Origin: Candidatus Woesearchaeota archaeon
GTDB taxonomy: Archaea > Nanobdellota > Nanobdellia > Pacearchaeales > GW2011-AR1
Assembly: GCA_964530945.1 (NCBI GenBank)
Contig: CAZHCJ010000003.1
Coordinates: 1-58,612, forward strand
Reading direction: 5' to 3'
DNA: 58,612 bases
Below are positions 1-8,047 of the stretch, one piece after another. The stretch's first letter is position 1, and the number at the start of each line of letters is the position of its first letter. The notes below the pieces were generated by a model, which was not told where the DNA came from, did not search any database, and saw only the letters and a list, made by a program, of their open reading frames with translations. The translations under genes were made by a program, and so were the position numbers.

Positions 1-518
1 TGAAAACCTTTGAAGTTTCTTGTTCTTCGCAAAGCTATGAATTACTTGAAGATATTCAGACTTTATTTTTAAGATTAGATACAATTTCGAGAATAAATGA
101 TTTTAATAGGAAAGATAAATGTATCAATCTTTCCATTTCTTCAAGCGAAAATATTGAAAAATTCAGAGAAATTAGATTCTTACAAGAAAGGAAAAATAGG
201 ATGCTTTTCTTGTTGAACAGAAAAGCGCATCACACCAAATCAGATGTTATTCCTTTATCAATAAAAAAGTTGAAAGAAGTTAGTGAAAATCATTCTAAAT
301 TATCCTGGCCTTACTTGGTTGGAAAGCAAAACATAGGCAGAGAGTATCTTCAAAAAATTGCAGTTCCAGGTTCTGAATATAATGATTTATCTCACAATGA
401 TATTTATTGGGATAGGGTTAGAAGTGTTAAAAAGATTAGTTCAAAAGAGATTGAAGTTTTTGATTTAAGCATTCTTAAACATGAGAAATTCATTTGTAGC
501 AACGTTTTTGTTCATAAC
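1..518 (+). other. Intein, C-terminal part: LAGLIDADG-type homing-endonuclease region plus splicing blocks F/G ending in HN
   Basis: In-frame translation gives ...YELLEDIQTLFLRLDTISRINDF...NLSISSSENIEKFREIRFLQERK (endonuclease-like). It then gives DIYWDRVRSVKKISSKEIEVFDLSILKHEKFICSNVFVHN followed by Thr +1, which resumes the conserved extein motif TRELNL. Confidence 0.75.
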
Positions 519-1172
519 ACGCGCGAGTTAAATCTACCGAGAGAAAACTGGTTGCCCAGTGTTGTTCGTGGAGCTACAGGGGTTGGAAATACTGGAGAGG
601 TTGACCTTTTTACGTTACTTAGAAGTTCTTTTAGACAAAATCCTGATTATGTTATAGTTGGGGAGGTTAGAGGTAAAGAAGCATATGTTTTGTTCCAAGG
701 GATGGCTTCTGGGCATTCTTCTATAAGCACCATGCACGCAGACTCTGTCGACACAGTGATTAAACGTTTAGAAACTCCTCCTATCGAACTTTCACCTACA
801 CTGATGAATGTGTTGGATTGTGTTTGCATTATGACTCACGCAATTGTCAAAAATCAAGAAACCCGTAAACTTAGAGAAATTGTCGAAATAGTGGACATCA
901 GCCCCGAAGGAATCGCAATAACAAATACGCCTTTTACTTGGAACCCTAACGAAGATAGATTTTATTTCAAAAGGCATAGTAAAATATTTGAAAAAATAGC
1001 TAAACGTTACGGTTTATCTTTAGATGAGATAAATCTTGAATTTCAAAGAAGAATACAACTGTTATACAATGTGTATGAAAACAAAATCTTTGATTTCGAA
1101 CAATTCCAAGAAGTCGTAAACCAATATTATAAGAACAAACAGGCGGTTCTTCAAAAATTTGGTATACAATGA
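1..1172 (+). CDS. FlaI/PilB/VirB11-family secretion ATPase (archaeal type IV pilus/archaellum type), 5'-truncated by the window edge and interrupted by an intein
   Basis: The frame of ORF 201..1172 stays open back to nt 3. After ...FVHN|T (nt 516-521) the sequence TRELNLPRENW...DYVIVGEVRGKEAYVLFQGMASGHSSISTMHA matches the conserved IEDTxEL, Walker B/Asp-box and His-box core of GspE/FlaI ATPases. Confidence 0.85.
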   Translation, partial: KTFEVSCSSQSYELLEDIQTLFLRLDTISRINDFNRKDKCINLSISSSENIEKFREIRFLQERKNRMLFLLNRKAHHTKSDVIPLSIKKLKEVSENHSKLSWPYLVGKQNIGREYLQKIAVPGSEYNDLSHNDIYWDRVRSVKKISSKEIEVFDLSILKHEKFICSNVFVHNTRELNLPRENWLPSVVRGATGVGNTGEVDLFTLLRSSFRQNPDYVIVGEVRGKEAYVLFQGMASGHSSISTMHADSVDTVIKRLETPPIELSPTLMNVLDCVCIMTHAIVKNQETRKLREIVEIVDISPEGIAITNTPFTWNPNEDRFYFKRHSKIFEKIAKRYGLSLDEINLEFQRRIQLLYNVYENKIFDFEQFQEVVNQYYKNKQAVLQKFGIQ

Positions 1173-1221
1173 ATCTATTCTCAAAACAAACTTTTAATAA
1201 ATACTGTCTCTTTGAAACGTC

Positions 1222-1404
1222 ATGAAAGACAATCCTGAAGATGTGTTTTTGAAAAGCTCGGCTCTTCATCAACTTGTTTTACATGTTGAAGAAAGTTTAG
1301 AGGAACTTAAAGAAGCTTATGAAAAAGATAACAAGGAAGAATTTGCTAAACTAAGAGCTACAATTGTAAAAACCCAAAAAGAAATAGATAAAATATTAAG
1401 TTAA
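1222..1404 (+). CDS. Hypothetical small helical protein
   Basis: 60-aa ORF with charged, coiled-coil-like composition. No recognisable motif. Confidence 0.35.
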   Translation: MKDNPEDVFLKSSALHQLVLHVEESLEELKEAYEKDNKEEFAKLRATIVKTQKEIDKILS

Positions 1405-1647
1405 TTACTTCTTAGTTTTTCCGGAAAGTTTTCCTATCCAAACTGTTGCTAATACTGCCGTTAATGTAACAAGTATTGCATACATCCAAGGTCCTCCTCC
1501 TGAGATTGAACACAATGCTCCAGCATTTTCAGAACCACAAGGACCTACAAAAAGTGCACGGATTGCATCGTTCCAAGCCAAAGCGGCAACAAGCCCAAAA
1601 GCAGCAGTCATTAACGTGGCAAGTTTTTCTACAACTTCTTTTTTCAT
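1405..1647 (-). CDS. Small membrane protein (two TM helices)
   Basis: ORF 1405..1674. The internal ATG at 1647 is preceded by GGAGG about 8 nt upstream. Hydrophobic segments AAFGLVAALAWNDAI and WMYAILVTLTAVLATVWI. Confidence 0.5.
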   Translation of the reverse strand: MKKEVVEKLATLMTAAFGLVAALAWNDAIRALFVGPCGSENAGALCSISGGGPWMYAILVTLTAVLATVWIGKLSGKTKK

Positions 1648-1694
1648 TTTCGCCTCCTTTAGTATAAAAGACATTATGAAATATATAAATCTGC

Positions 1695-1913
1695 TTATTC
1701 AATACTCCAAAACTTCCATTTGTGTGGAGAATCTGGGCCCCAAATCCTTAAATGCATGAAATCATTTAAATCGCTAATAAAATGACCAATCCCAAAAGAT
1801 AGCGCAAAAATACCTAGAGGGGTTTCGATATAAAACATTCCTCCCATAAATAATATCAGCCCGTAAATCCAATGATGGGGTGTGTTAAGATGTCCTCCCC
1901 ATTTATCACCCAA
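1695..1913 (-). CDS. Small membrane protein. The frame continues upstream through an in-frame TGA to an ATG at 1979
   Basis: 72-aa ORF starting at TTG. The same frame upstream reads MDASAIVIIGMF-TGA(1941..1943)-CFSGFAIGRLGDKW. Confidence 0.45.
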   Translation of the reverse strand: MGDKWGGHLNTPHHWIYGLILFMGGMFYIETPLGIFALSFGIGHFISDLNDFMHLRIWGPDSPHKWKFWSIE

Positions 1914-2062
1914 ACGTCCTATTGCAAAACCTGAGAAACATCAGAACATTCCAATAATAACAATCGCTGAAGCATCCATTCAATTTTAAAAAATCTTGAA
2001 TTTATAAATCTGTTTAGAGGTTTCAATAAATTAATAAATAATGTATCCTTGTCTTTAGAAGT

Positions 2063-3541
2063 ATGGATGAGAGATTTATAAGAGAGGTACAAGAAAATAC
2101 TCGGCGTCAAAAAGAGATTACCCAACAATTGAAGAAACTTTCTAATCAGTTTATGCGCTCAGGAAACAGGCGAGAAAGAGAAATGATTAGTTTGAGAATT
2201 CAAGAAATAAAAGAAGAGTTGAAAAGAATCAATGCCCGTAGTGCTGATTCTGCAAGAAAACTCTCAATTTACAAAAATCTTCCGACGCCAATGCCTGGCG
2301 GAAAATTCAAGAAACTCCCAAAAATAGAGGATAGTTTAGACCCTAATCAAAACCCAATGATTAAACATGCAAAAAAACAAGAAACCAATCCTGTCCAAAA
2401 TATCCCTCAAAATAAATCTGGTTCGAATATGTCAAGATATTTCCAAACGGATTCTTCGCATAAAAAAGAAAAAAGAAGAGATTACGAAGAAAAAGATGAA
2501 GACGATTTGTTAAAAAAGAAAAAGAAAGGGAAATTTGACCTTACCGATTTAGAAAAAGAAACTATTAGGAGAATGAAGAAACCCGAAAAAGATAAGAAAA
2601 AGAGCAAGAAAGAAAAAGGATTCCGTAAACCACACAAACATGTCCAGATAGCAAGCAAGATGTTTTATTCTTTTTCTCAAAAACTTATAAGAAAAAATAA
2701 ATTTAAGAAAATACGTCGCGAATTAGTTAGAAGCAATCTTGAATTTGTTCCTGCAAACTATATTTCATTCATGCTTTTCATCACATTTGTTTCTTTTATT
2801 GTGTCTTTGTTTATACTTGGATTTTTCTTGTTTTTCAGTCTTATAGCACTACCTCCATTTTTAATACATACCGAAACGCCTTTTTTTACAAGACTCTTAC
2901 AAACTTTTTGGATTCCGATTTTGCTTCCAATAGTGGCTTACTTTTTCATGTATTTTTATCCTTCAATGGAACGAGGGGTTTTAGAAGCTAAAATAGACCG
3001 TGAATTACCTTTTGCTACGATTCACATGTCTTCTATTTCAAGCTCTTTAGTTGAACCAAGTAAAATTTTTGAAATAATTGTTACAACAAAAGAATATCCC
3101 ACTATCTCCAAGGAGTTCACTAAATTATTGAATGAGATAAATATTTATGGGTATGATTTGGTTTCTGCTTTGAAAAATATTGCTTTCAATAGTCCTAGTA
3201 AAAAGCTTGCAGAATTGTTTAATGGATTGGCAACAACGATAACTTCTGGAGGAAACTTACCTGAGTTCTTTGAAAAGCGTTCTCAAACTCTTTTGCTTGA
3301 ACACAGATTGGAAAGGGAAAAACAATCTAAGGCCGCAGAGACGTTTATGGACATTTATATTAGCGTGGTTATTGCTGCACCTATGATTTTAATGTTGTTA
3401 TTGATTATGATGAGAGTTAGTGGGTTAGGCATCTCACTTAGCACAGGGATGATTACAATAGTAATGATTTCTGGAGTTACACTTCTTAATGTTGTGTTCT
3501 TAATCTTCTTACATTTGAAACAACCCGGAGGTGCAGGATGA
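2063..3541 (+). CDS. FlaJ/TadC-like pilus platform membrane protein (T2SS-F domain) with a long Lys-rich cytoplasmic N-terminus
   Basis: The C-terminal half contains a T2SSF-type segment (GYDLVSALKNIAF...LAELFNGLATTITSGGNLPEFFEKRSQ) flanked by TM helices. It follows the secretion ATPase. Confidence 0.8.
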   Translation: MDERFIREVQENTRRQKEITQQLKKLSNQFMRSGNRREREMISLRIQEIKEELKRINARSADSARKLSIYKNLPTPMPGGKFKKLPKIEDSLDPNQNPMIKHAKKQETNPVQNIPQNKSGSNMSRYFQTDSSHKKEKRRDYEEKDEDDLLKKKKKGKFDLTDLEKETIRRMKKPEKDKKKSKKEKGFRKPHKHVQIASKMFYSFSQKLIRKNKFKKIRRELVRSNLEFVPANYISFMLFITFVSFIVSLFILGFFLFFSLIALPPFLIHTETPFFTRLLQTFWIPILLPIVAYFFMYFYPSMERGVLEAKIDRELPFATIHMSSISSSLVEPSKIFEIIVTTKEYPTISKEFTKLLNEINIYGYDLVSALKNIAFNSPSKKLAELFNGLATTITSGGNLPEFFEKRSQTLLLEHRLEREKQSKAAETFMDIYISVVIAAPMILMLLLIMMRVSGLGISLSTGMITIVMISGVTLLNVVFLIFLHLKQPGGAG

Positions 3542-4401
3542 GAATGAAAAAATCAAATTGGATTGGAATAGGAATCGGGTTAGTAGTTATGGGACTCTCA
3601 TTTTTAATTTTAAACACTAGATTCTTTTTCTTTGTCTTGGGAATGGGTGTTTTAATCATTGTATCTCCTTTTGTTATTGCTTTAATACGTGAAAGCAGAG
3701 ATTCTAATGAAAAAGAACAAATGTTCTTAGAGTTTTCACGTAATCTTGTTGAAAGTGTTAAAGCAGGAACTCCCATAAGTAAAAGCATCATTAATGTTAA
3801 GGACAAACCGTATGGTGTTTTGAGTGAGAACATTAGGAAGCTCGCAAATCAAATTTCTTTAGGAATTCCTTTAAATCAAGCACTTAGAACATTTTCAAGA
3901 GACATGAAAAATAAAACTATTTCCAGGTCGTTAACTTTGATTGGGCAGGCAGAAAGAAGTGGAGGCGAGATTGGAGAAATATTGGAGAGTGTTACAGAAG
4001 CCGTTACCATGGCAGACAAATTAAAAAAAGAACGTAAAGCCGCAATATCTACATTAGTTGTCCAAGGATACATTATATTTTTTGTTTTCATTGTCATTGT
4101 TTTAGTCATGCAGTTTCAAATTCTTCCTATATTGTCAAACATCTCTCCTGGAGAAGATGGAGGCGCAAGCGCAAGCGCCGACCTTGGCTTGGGTTTCGTT
4201 GGAGGCGGAGGGGGCGAACCAATTAATAGTCAAGATATAGCAAATTCATTTTTGTATTTGTTGCTTGTCCAAGGATTCTTTTCCGGGCTTTCTATAGGTA
4301 AACTCGCAGAGGGTTCTGCTAAATCTGGAATTAAACATTCATTTGCTCTTATGCTCGTCGCATTTTTAATTTCTACTGGAGCAAATATACTTTTTGCATG
4401 A
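3538..4401 (+). CDS. Second FlaJ/TadB-like platform protein (T2SS-F domain)
   Basis: GTPISKSI...LANQISLGIPLNQALRTFS...LIGQAERSGGEIGEILESV is a T2SSF repeat. Multiple TM helices. 4-nt overlap with the upstream gene. Confidence 0.8.
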   Translation: MRMKKSNWIGIGIGLVVMGLSFLILNTRFFFFVLGMGVLIIVSPFVIALIRESRDSNEKEQMFLEFSRNLVESVKAGTPISKSIINVKDKPYGVLSENIRKLANQISLGIPLNQALRTFSRDMKNKTISRSLTLIGQAERSGGEIGEILESVTEAVTMADKLKKERKAAISTLVVQGYIIFFVFIVIVLVMQFQILPILSNISPGEDGGASASADLGLGFVGGGGGEPINSQDIANSFLYLLLVQGFFSGLSIGKLAEGSAKSGIKHSFALMLVAFLISTGANILFA

Positions 4402-5122
4402 AATGATGTCTAAAAAAGCTTCACATGTGGGTTTTGTATTGTCTTTTGTTCTTTTTATCACCTCGCTGATTTTCTTCTATACTTTAATTCAACCAAGTTT
4501 TCAAACAGAAACTGAAAAACAAAACACGCTTGATTACCTTCAAAATAAAGTTATTGAAAACGTTACGGTATTGCACAAAAGTGTAAGCGTCAATCCGGAT
4601 ATTTCAGGTATTTGTTTAGATTTTCAAGAGCTGAGAGATGTTGTGGAAATAAGTAAAAAAATAAAGATTGTTGATGATTCTGGAAATAAGTATGATGGTT
4701 ATGCTTCTTCAGATGGAGGTTTAGTTGTTGAAAGCGATTCGGGGAATATTGATTTTGTAAAAATAATTGAATCTTCTTCTTTTGATGGAATTGGCACGTT
4801 TAGTAGCCAGTGTAGTGCCACCTCTTTAAGCCAGAGCCAATATACAATTGGTCAGGTGAGGTCTGAAGAAAAGATATCTGTTTTTAAAATTCTTGAATTA
4901 ATCAACTTGCATAAAAATTCTTATTCTAGCCTTAAAGATTCTTGGAATGTCCCTGGAACGGTTGATTTTGAATTGATTTTTACTTATTCTAATTCAACCG
5001 AGATTTCTACTGGTAGCGCCCCAGAAGTCCAAATAAACATTTATTCTAATGAAGAATCTATACAATATATAAACGACAATGGTGTTGAAAAAGGAGGTAA
5101 ACTAAGAATTATTGTATGGTAA
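4394..5122 (+). CDS. Putative pilin-like secreted protein (class III signal peptide-like N-terminus)
   Basis: N-terminus MSKKA|SHVGFVLSFVLFITSLIFFY (basic residues, small residue, then a hydrophobic helix). Located directly after the platform genes. Confidence 0.45.
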   Translation: MHEMMSKKASHVGFVLSFVLFITSLIFFYTLIQPSFQTETEKQNTLDYLQNKVIENVTVLHKSVSVNPDISGICLDFQELRDVVEISKKIKIVDDSGNKYDGYASSDGGLVVESDSGNIDFVKIIESSSFDGIGTFSSQCSATSLSQSQYTIGQVRSEEKISVFKILELINLHKNSYSSLKDSWNVPGTVDFELIFTYSNSTEISTGSAPEVQINIYSNEESIQYINDNGVEKGGKLRIIVW

Positions 5123-5559
5123 ATAGAAGGGCTTGGATTAGGATTGTTGAAGCATCGATAGCAATACTTCTTCTTGCAGGAATTACATTGCTTATTCTTA
5201 ATCAATGGAATTTGCAAATAAAAGAGGATTCTGGTGAGGAAATTTATGGGATTCAAAAAGAAATCCTACATAGTATTCAAACAGATAATGATTTGAGAGA
5301 AGATGTTTTAAACACTCAAGAAAGTAACTTACCTATCTCATGGAACAACGTTCCGGACAGCATTAAAACAGAAATTCAAGAAAAATCTTCTTCTTTGAAT
5401 TGTCAAGCAAAAATTTGTGGCCTTACTGGGGAATGTGTTTTGCAAAATCCCGAGGAAAAAAATATTTATTCTGAATTTATTGTCCTTACTGTCACTACAT
5501 CTCAATCTGGAGATTACAGTCCGAGAAAATTAAAATTATTTTGTTGGGAAAATGAGTAA
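5116..5559 (+). CDS. Putative pilin-like protein
   Basis: N-terminus MVNRRA|WIRIVEASIAILLLAGITLLIL resembles a prepilin cleavage site plus hydrophobic helix. Overlaps its neighbours. Confidence 0.5.
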   Translation: MVNRRAWIRIVEASIAILLLAGITLLILNQWNLQIKEDSGEEIYGIQKEILHSIQTDNDLREDVLNTQESNLPISWNNVPDSIKTEIQEKSSSLNCQAKICGLTGECVLQNPEEKNIYSEFIVLTVTTSQSGDYSPRKLKLFCWENE

Positions 5560-5971
5560 GAAATATGAGTTTTTAGAGCACACTGCAGACATAAAATTTC
5601 GTGTTAGGGGTAAAACGCTTAATGAAGTATTTGAGAATTCTGTTTTGGCAGTTTCAGAATTTTTATCTCGTGATGAGAAGATTAAGGGAGTTAAAGAAAA
5701 ACGTTTTAAAGTTGAAGGGAACGATTTGGAAAGCCTCTACTATAATTTTTTAGATGAAATTGTTTTTTTGCTGGATGCGAAGGATTTTGTTGTTTCCCAT
5801 GCCAAAGTGAACGTTGATAAAAAAACGTTTAAAGCCGAGGGTAACTTCTTTGGGAATGATACGAAGCTTTATCCTGATTTGGACCATTTCAAGGCTGCAA
5901 CTTACGCAGAGATGTATATTAAGAAATTGAAAAACAACACATGGGAATCTCAAGCTGTGCTGGATGTTTAG
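5552..5971 (+). CDS. Archease (RtcB activator)
   Basis: N-terminal YEFLEHTADIKFRVRGKTLNEVFENS and C-terminal AATYAEM motifs typical of the archease family. 139 aa. Confidence 0.9.
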   Translation: MSKKYEFLEHTADIKFRVRGKTLNEVFENSVLAVSEFLSRDEKIKGVKEKRFKVEGNDLESLYYNFLDEIVFLLDAKDFVVSHAKVNVDKKTFKAEGNFFGNDTKLYPDLDHFKAATYAEMYIKKLKNNTWESQAVLDV

Positions 5972-6015
5972 ATTTTTAATTAACAGGGATCAAGGCTAAC
6001 AAAAGTTTTTTATAA
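5927..6015. repeat. 89-bp perfect direct repeat, copy 1 (last 45 nt of archease plus 44 nt downstream)
   Basis: Identical base for base to 6910..6998: ttgaaaaacaacacatgggaatctcaagctgtgctggatgtttag...caaaagttttttataa. Confidence 0.95.
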
Positions 6016-6017
6016 AT

Positions 6018-6061
6018 TTTTATTGCTTTATCTCTTGCATAGTTCAATCCCAAGGGTTTTA
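6018..6061. repeat. 44-bp exact copy of an internal segment of the GT2 gene
   Basis: ttttattgctttatctcttgcatagttcaatcccaagggtttta is identical to 8692..8735, which encodes ...KPLGLNYARDKAIK on the minus strand. Confidence 0.9.
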
Positions 6062-6081
6062 GATGTTTAGTGTAAGTTTTT

Positions 6082-6696
6082 TTAAGAAGGGCAAGGAGAC
6101 ACATTATCTATTTCATAAATATGATCAAAATTCTTATCTAGAGAATTATCTTCATTGGAAATTGTCTGCCTCATCCCGTTATTAAAAAATTCTCCGCTTT
6201 TAGGTTTTAAGAGAATAGAAAACATTTTTTCTTTTAATTTTTGGTGAATTAAAAAACCTGCTGGGACAATTTCTAAATTTCCCATTTCTATTTTATTCTT
6301 TGAAGCGTGAATACTCCCAAGAACTACAAATGTTCTTTTATCATCAACTAATTTCAAAATATTATTTGCAATCTCTCTTTCCATTTCTTCTTGATTTTTT
6401 ATTGAACTGGGGGCAATAAAAAACACCCTTATATTTTTGGGCATTTTTTTAATTAATTTTATGTACTCTTTGCTAATCAATCCACTTGTGCCAATTCTCC
6501 TAGAAAGTGGAAGGATTTTATCATGTTCTGAATGTTGAAATTCATCAGATATTTCTAAACCTAGATTAAAATCTTCCTTTTTTGCTAAATCGCCAAATAA
6601 ATTTAAAAGTAGTTTTGGGATTTCTTTTGTCCCATGGGTTTCTCCGAATAAAACTAATTTTTTATCCTTTATTTTTGATATTATTTCTTGGACCAT
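6082..6696 (-). CDS. Hypothetical protein, weakly ChaN/Tiki-like
   Basis: 204-aa ORF. N-terminal KKLVLFGETHGTKEIP resembles the (V/L)LLGExH start of the ChaN/erythromycin-esterase/Tiki superfamily. The family assignment is from memory and weak. Confidence 0.45.
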   Translation of the reverse strand: MVQEIISKIKDKKLVLFGETHGTKEIPKLLLNLFGDLAKKEDFNLGLEISDEFQHSEHDKILPLSRRIGTSGLISKEYIKLIKKMPKNIRVFFIAPSSIKNQEEMEREIANNILKLVDDKRTFVVLGSIHASKNKIEMGNLEIVPAGFLIHQKLKEKMFSILLKPKSGEFFNNGMRQTISNEDNSLDKNFDHIYEIDNVSPCPS

Positions 6697-6698
6697 TT

Positions 6699-6881
6699 TT
6701 ATTCTAGTAGATTGTCCGCTATTTCTTTGGTCAGGTCATGTCCTGATTGTTCCTGAAGCCATAGCCATTGGCCATTTGGGTTTAATTCTAAGAAGAAATA
6801 CTTACCTTTTTTTGAATGAATAAAATCAAATGCTCCAAAACATCTACCATATAATTTCATAAAATCCAATCTATTTAAATT
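6699..6881 (-). pseudogene. ATP-grasp enzyme, C-terminal fragment only
   Basis: Hand translation gives ...NLNRLDFMKLYGRCFGAFDFIHSKKGKYFFLELNPNGQWLWLQEQSGHDLTKEIADNLLE*. The FLE(L/V)NPxGQW block is the ATP-grasp C-terminal signature. The frame closes at a stop at 6882..6884, so the N-terminal ~250 aa are absent. Confidence 0.6.
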
Positions 6882-6909
6882 TTATTGTGTTATGGTTTAT
6901 TATCTATTT

Positions 6910-6998
6910 TTGAAAAACAACACATGGGAATCTCAAGCTGTGCTGGATGTTTAGATTTTTAATTAACAGGGATCAAGGCTAACAAAAGTTTTTTATAA
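6910..6998. repeat. 89-bp perfect direct repeat, copy 2
   Basis: Identical to 5927..6015. Flanking bases differ on both sides (5926 a vs 6909 t; 6016 a vs 6999 c). Confidence 0.95.
6991..6998 (+). promoter_or_regulatory. TATA-like box (TTTTATAA) 21 nt upstream of the 7019 ATG
   Basis: Lies at the 3' end of repeat copy 2. Spacing suggests a leaderless or short-leader transcript. Confidence 0.4.
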
Positions 6999-7018
6999 CA
7001 TTTATCTCTTCTAAACTC

Positions 7019-8047
7019 ATGCTTATTAAACCTAAGAAACTAAAAAAAGGAGACACTATAGCTGTGATTTCTCCCTCTTCTGGAATGGCTAATAGATATC
7101 CTCACAGAATAGATAGGGCAATAAACTTTTTTGAATCGGAAGGTTACAAAATAAAAGAATTTCCTACAACAAGAAAAAGTAATGGGTGGGAATCTGCTCC
7201 TGCAAAAGAAAGGGCGAAAGATATTATGAGTGCATTCCTTGATAAAGAAGTTTCTGCCATCATCGCTTCCATAGGTGGCACTGTTGCAACGCAAACCTTA
7301 AAATACTTGGATTTTGAAAAAATAAAAGAAAATCCTAAAATCTTTTGTGGCTACTCCGACAATTCTGTTTTACATTATGCATTTCACGCACAATCTAATT
7401 TAGTGACTTTTTATGGACCATGTATGATGACGCAGTTCGCAGAATACCCTCGTCCTTTGAAATATACATTAAAATATTTTAAAAAAGCTCTCACGACAGA
7501 AAAACTCATAGGAAGAATTTATCCTTCAGAAAATTGGACGGAAGAAATATTGGACTGGAGCAAAAAAATGGACTTAACAAGACCTAGAAAACTAAAAAAT
7601 AATGATGGGTTTGAATGGATTAGAAAAGGGGAGGCAAAAGGGAGACTTCTAGGGGGTTGTTTGACTTCAATAGTCCACCTTCCAGGAACAAAATACTGGC
7701 CCGACCACGAAGATAAAATACTGTTTTTAGAATTACCTGAGGGCGAAAAATTCGATAAAGGTGAACCTTTGCCATATGTCGACTGGTATTTGGAGCAATT
7801 AGAAATATTGGGGGTTTATAGAAAGATAAAGGGGCTTATTTTTGGCAGACCTTTTAGATATGACGATAAAGAAAATAAAATTCTTAAAGAAAAACTCTTA
7901 GAAAGAACAGAGGGATATGATTTCCCCATACTTTTTGGGGCAGACATTGGTCACACGGATCCTCAAATTACTCTTCCTTTAGGTGTTGAAGCCCGTATTA
8001 GCTCCGAGGAAAACTCTTTTGATATTCTGGAAGCAGGGGTTGTTTAA
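7019..8047 (+). CDS. S66-family serine peptidase (LD-carboxypeptidase LdcA / microcin C7 immunity MccF-like)
   Basis: LKKGDTIAVISPSSG start, nucleophile motif GYSDNSVLH and C-terminal ADIGHTDP, i.e. the Ser-His-Glu arrangement of peptidase S66. 342 aa. Confidence 0.85.
   Translation: MLIKPKKLKKGDTIAVISPSSGMANRYPHRIDRAINFFESEGYKIKEFPTTRKSNGWESAPAKERAKDIMSAFLDKEVSAIIASIGGTVATQTLKYLDFEKIKENPKIFCGYSDNSVLHYAFHAQSNLVTFYGPCMMTQFAEYPRPLKYTLKYFKKALTTEKLIGRIYPSENWTEEILDWSKKMDLTRPRKLKNNDGFEWIRKGEAKGRLLGGCLTSIVHLPGTKYWPDHEDKILFLELPEGEKFDKGEPLPYVDWYLEQLEILGVYRKIKGLIFGRPFRYDDKENKILKEKLLERTEGYDFPILFGADIGHTDPQITLPLGVEARISSEENSFDILEAGVV

Noticed and set aside
1941-1943. TGA reassignment (an alternative genetic code).
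   Set aside because: TGA is used as a normal stop for several well-supported genes here (3541, 4401, 58498), so a single in-frame TGA does not indicate recoding.
1919-2128. 69-aa minus-strand ORF overlapping the start of the FlaJ-like gene.
   Set aside because: It overlaps two better-supported genes, has no motif and has low-complexity composition. It is likely spurious.
5927-6998. The 89-bp direct repeats as a transposon target-site duplication.
   Set aside because: They are far too long for a TSD, and no transposase or inverted repeats lie between them. Recombination, integration scar or assembly artefact are more plausible.
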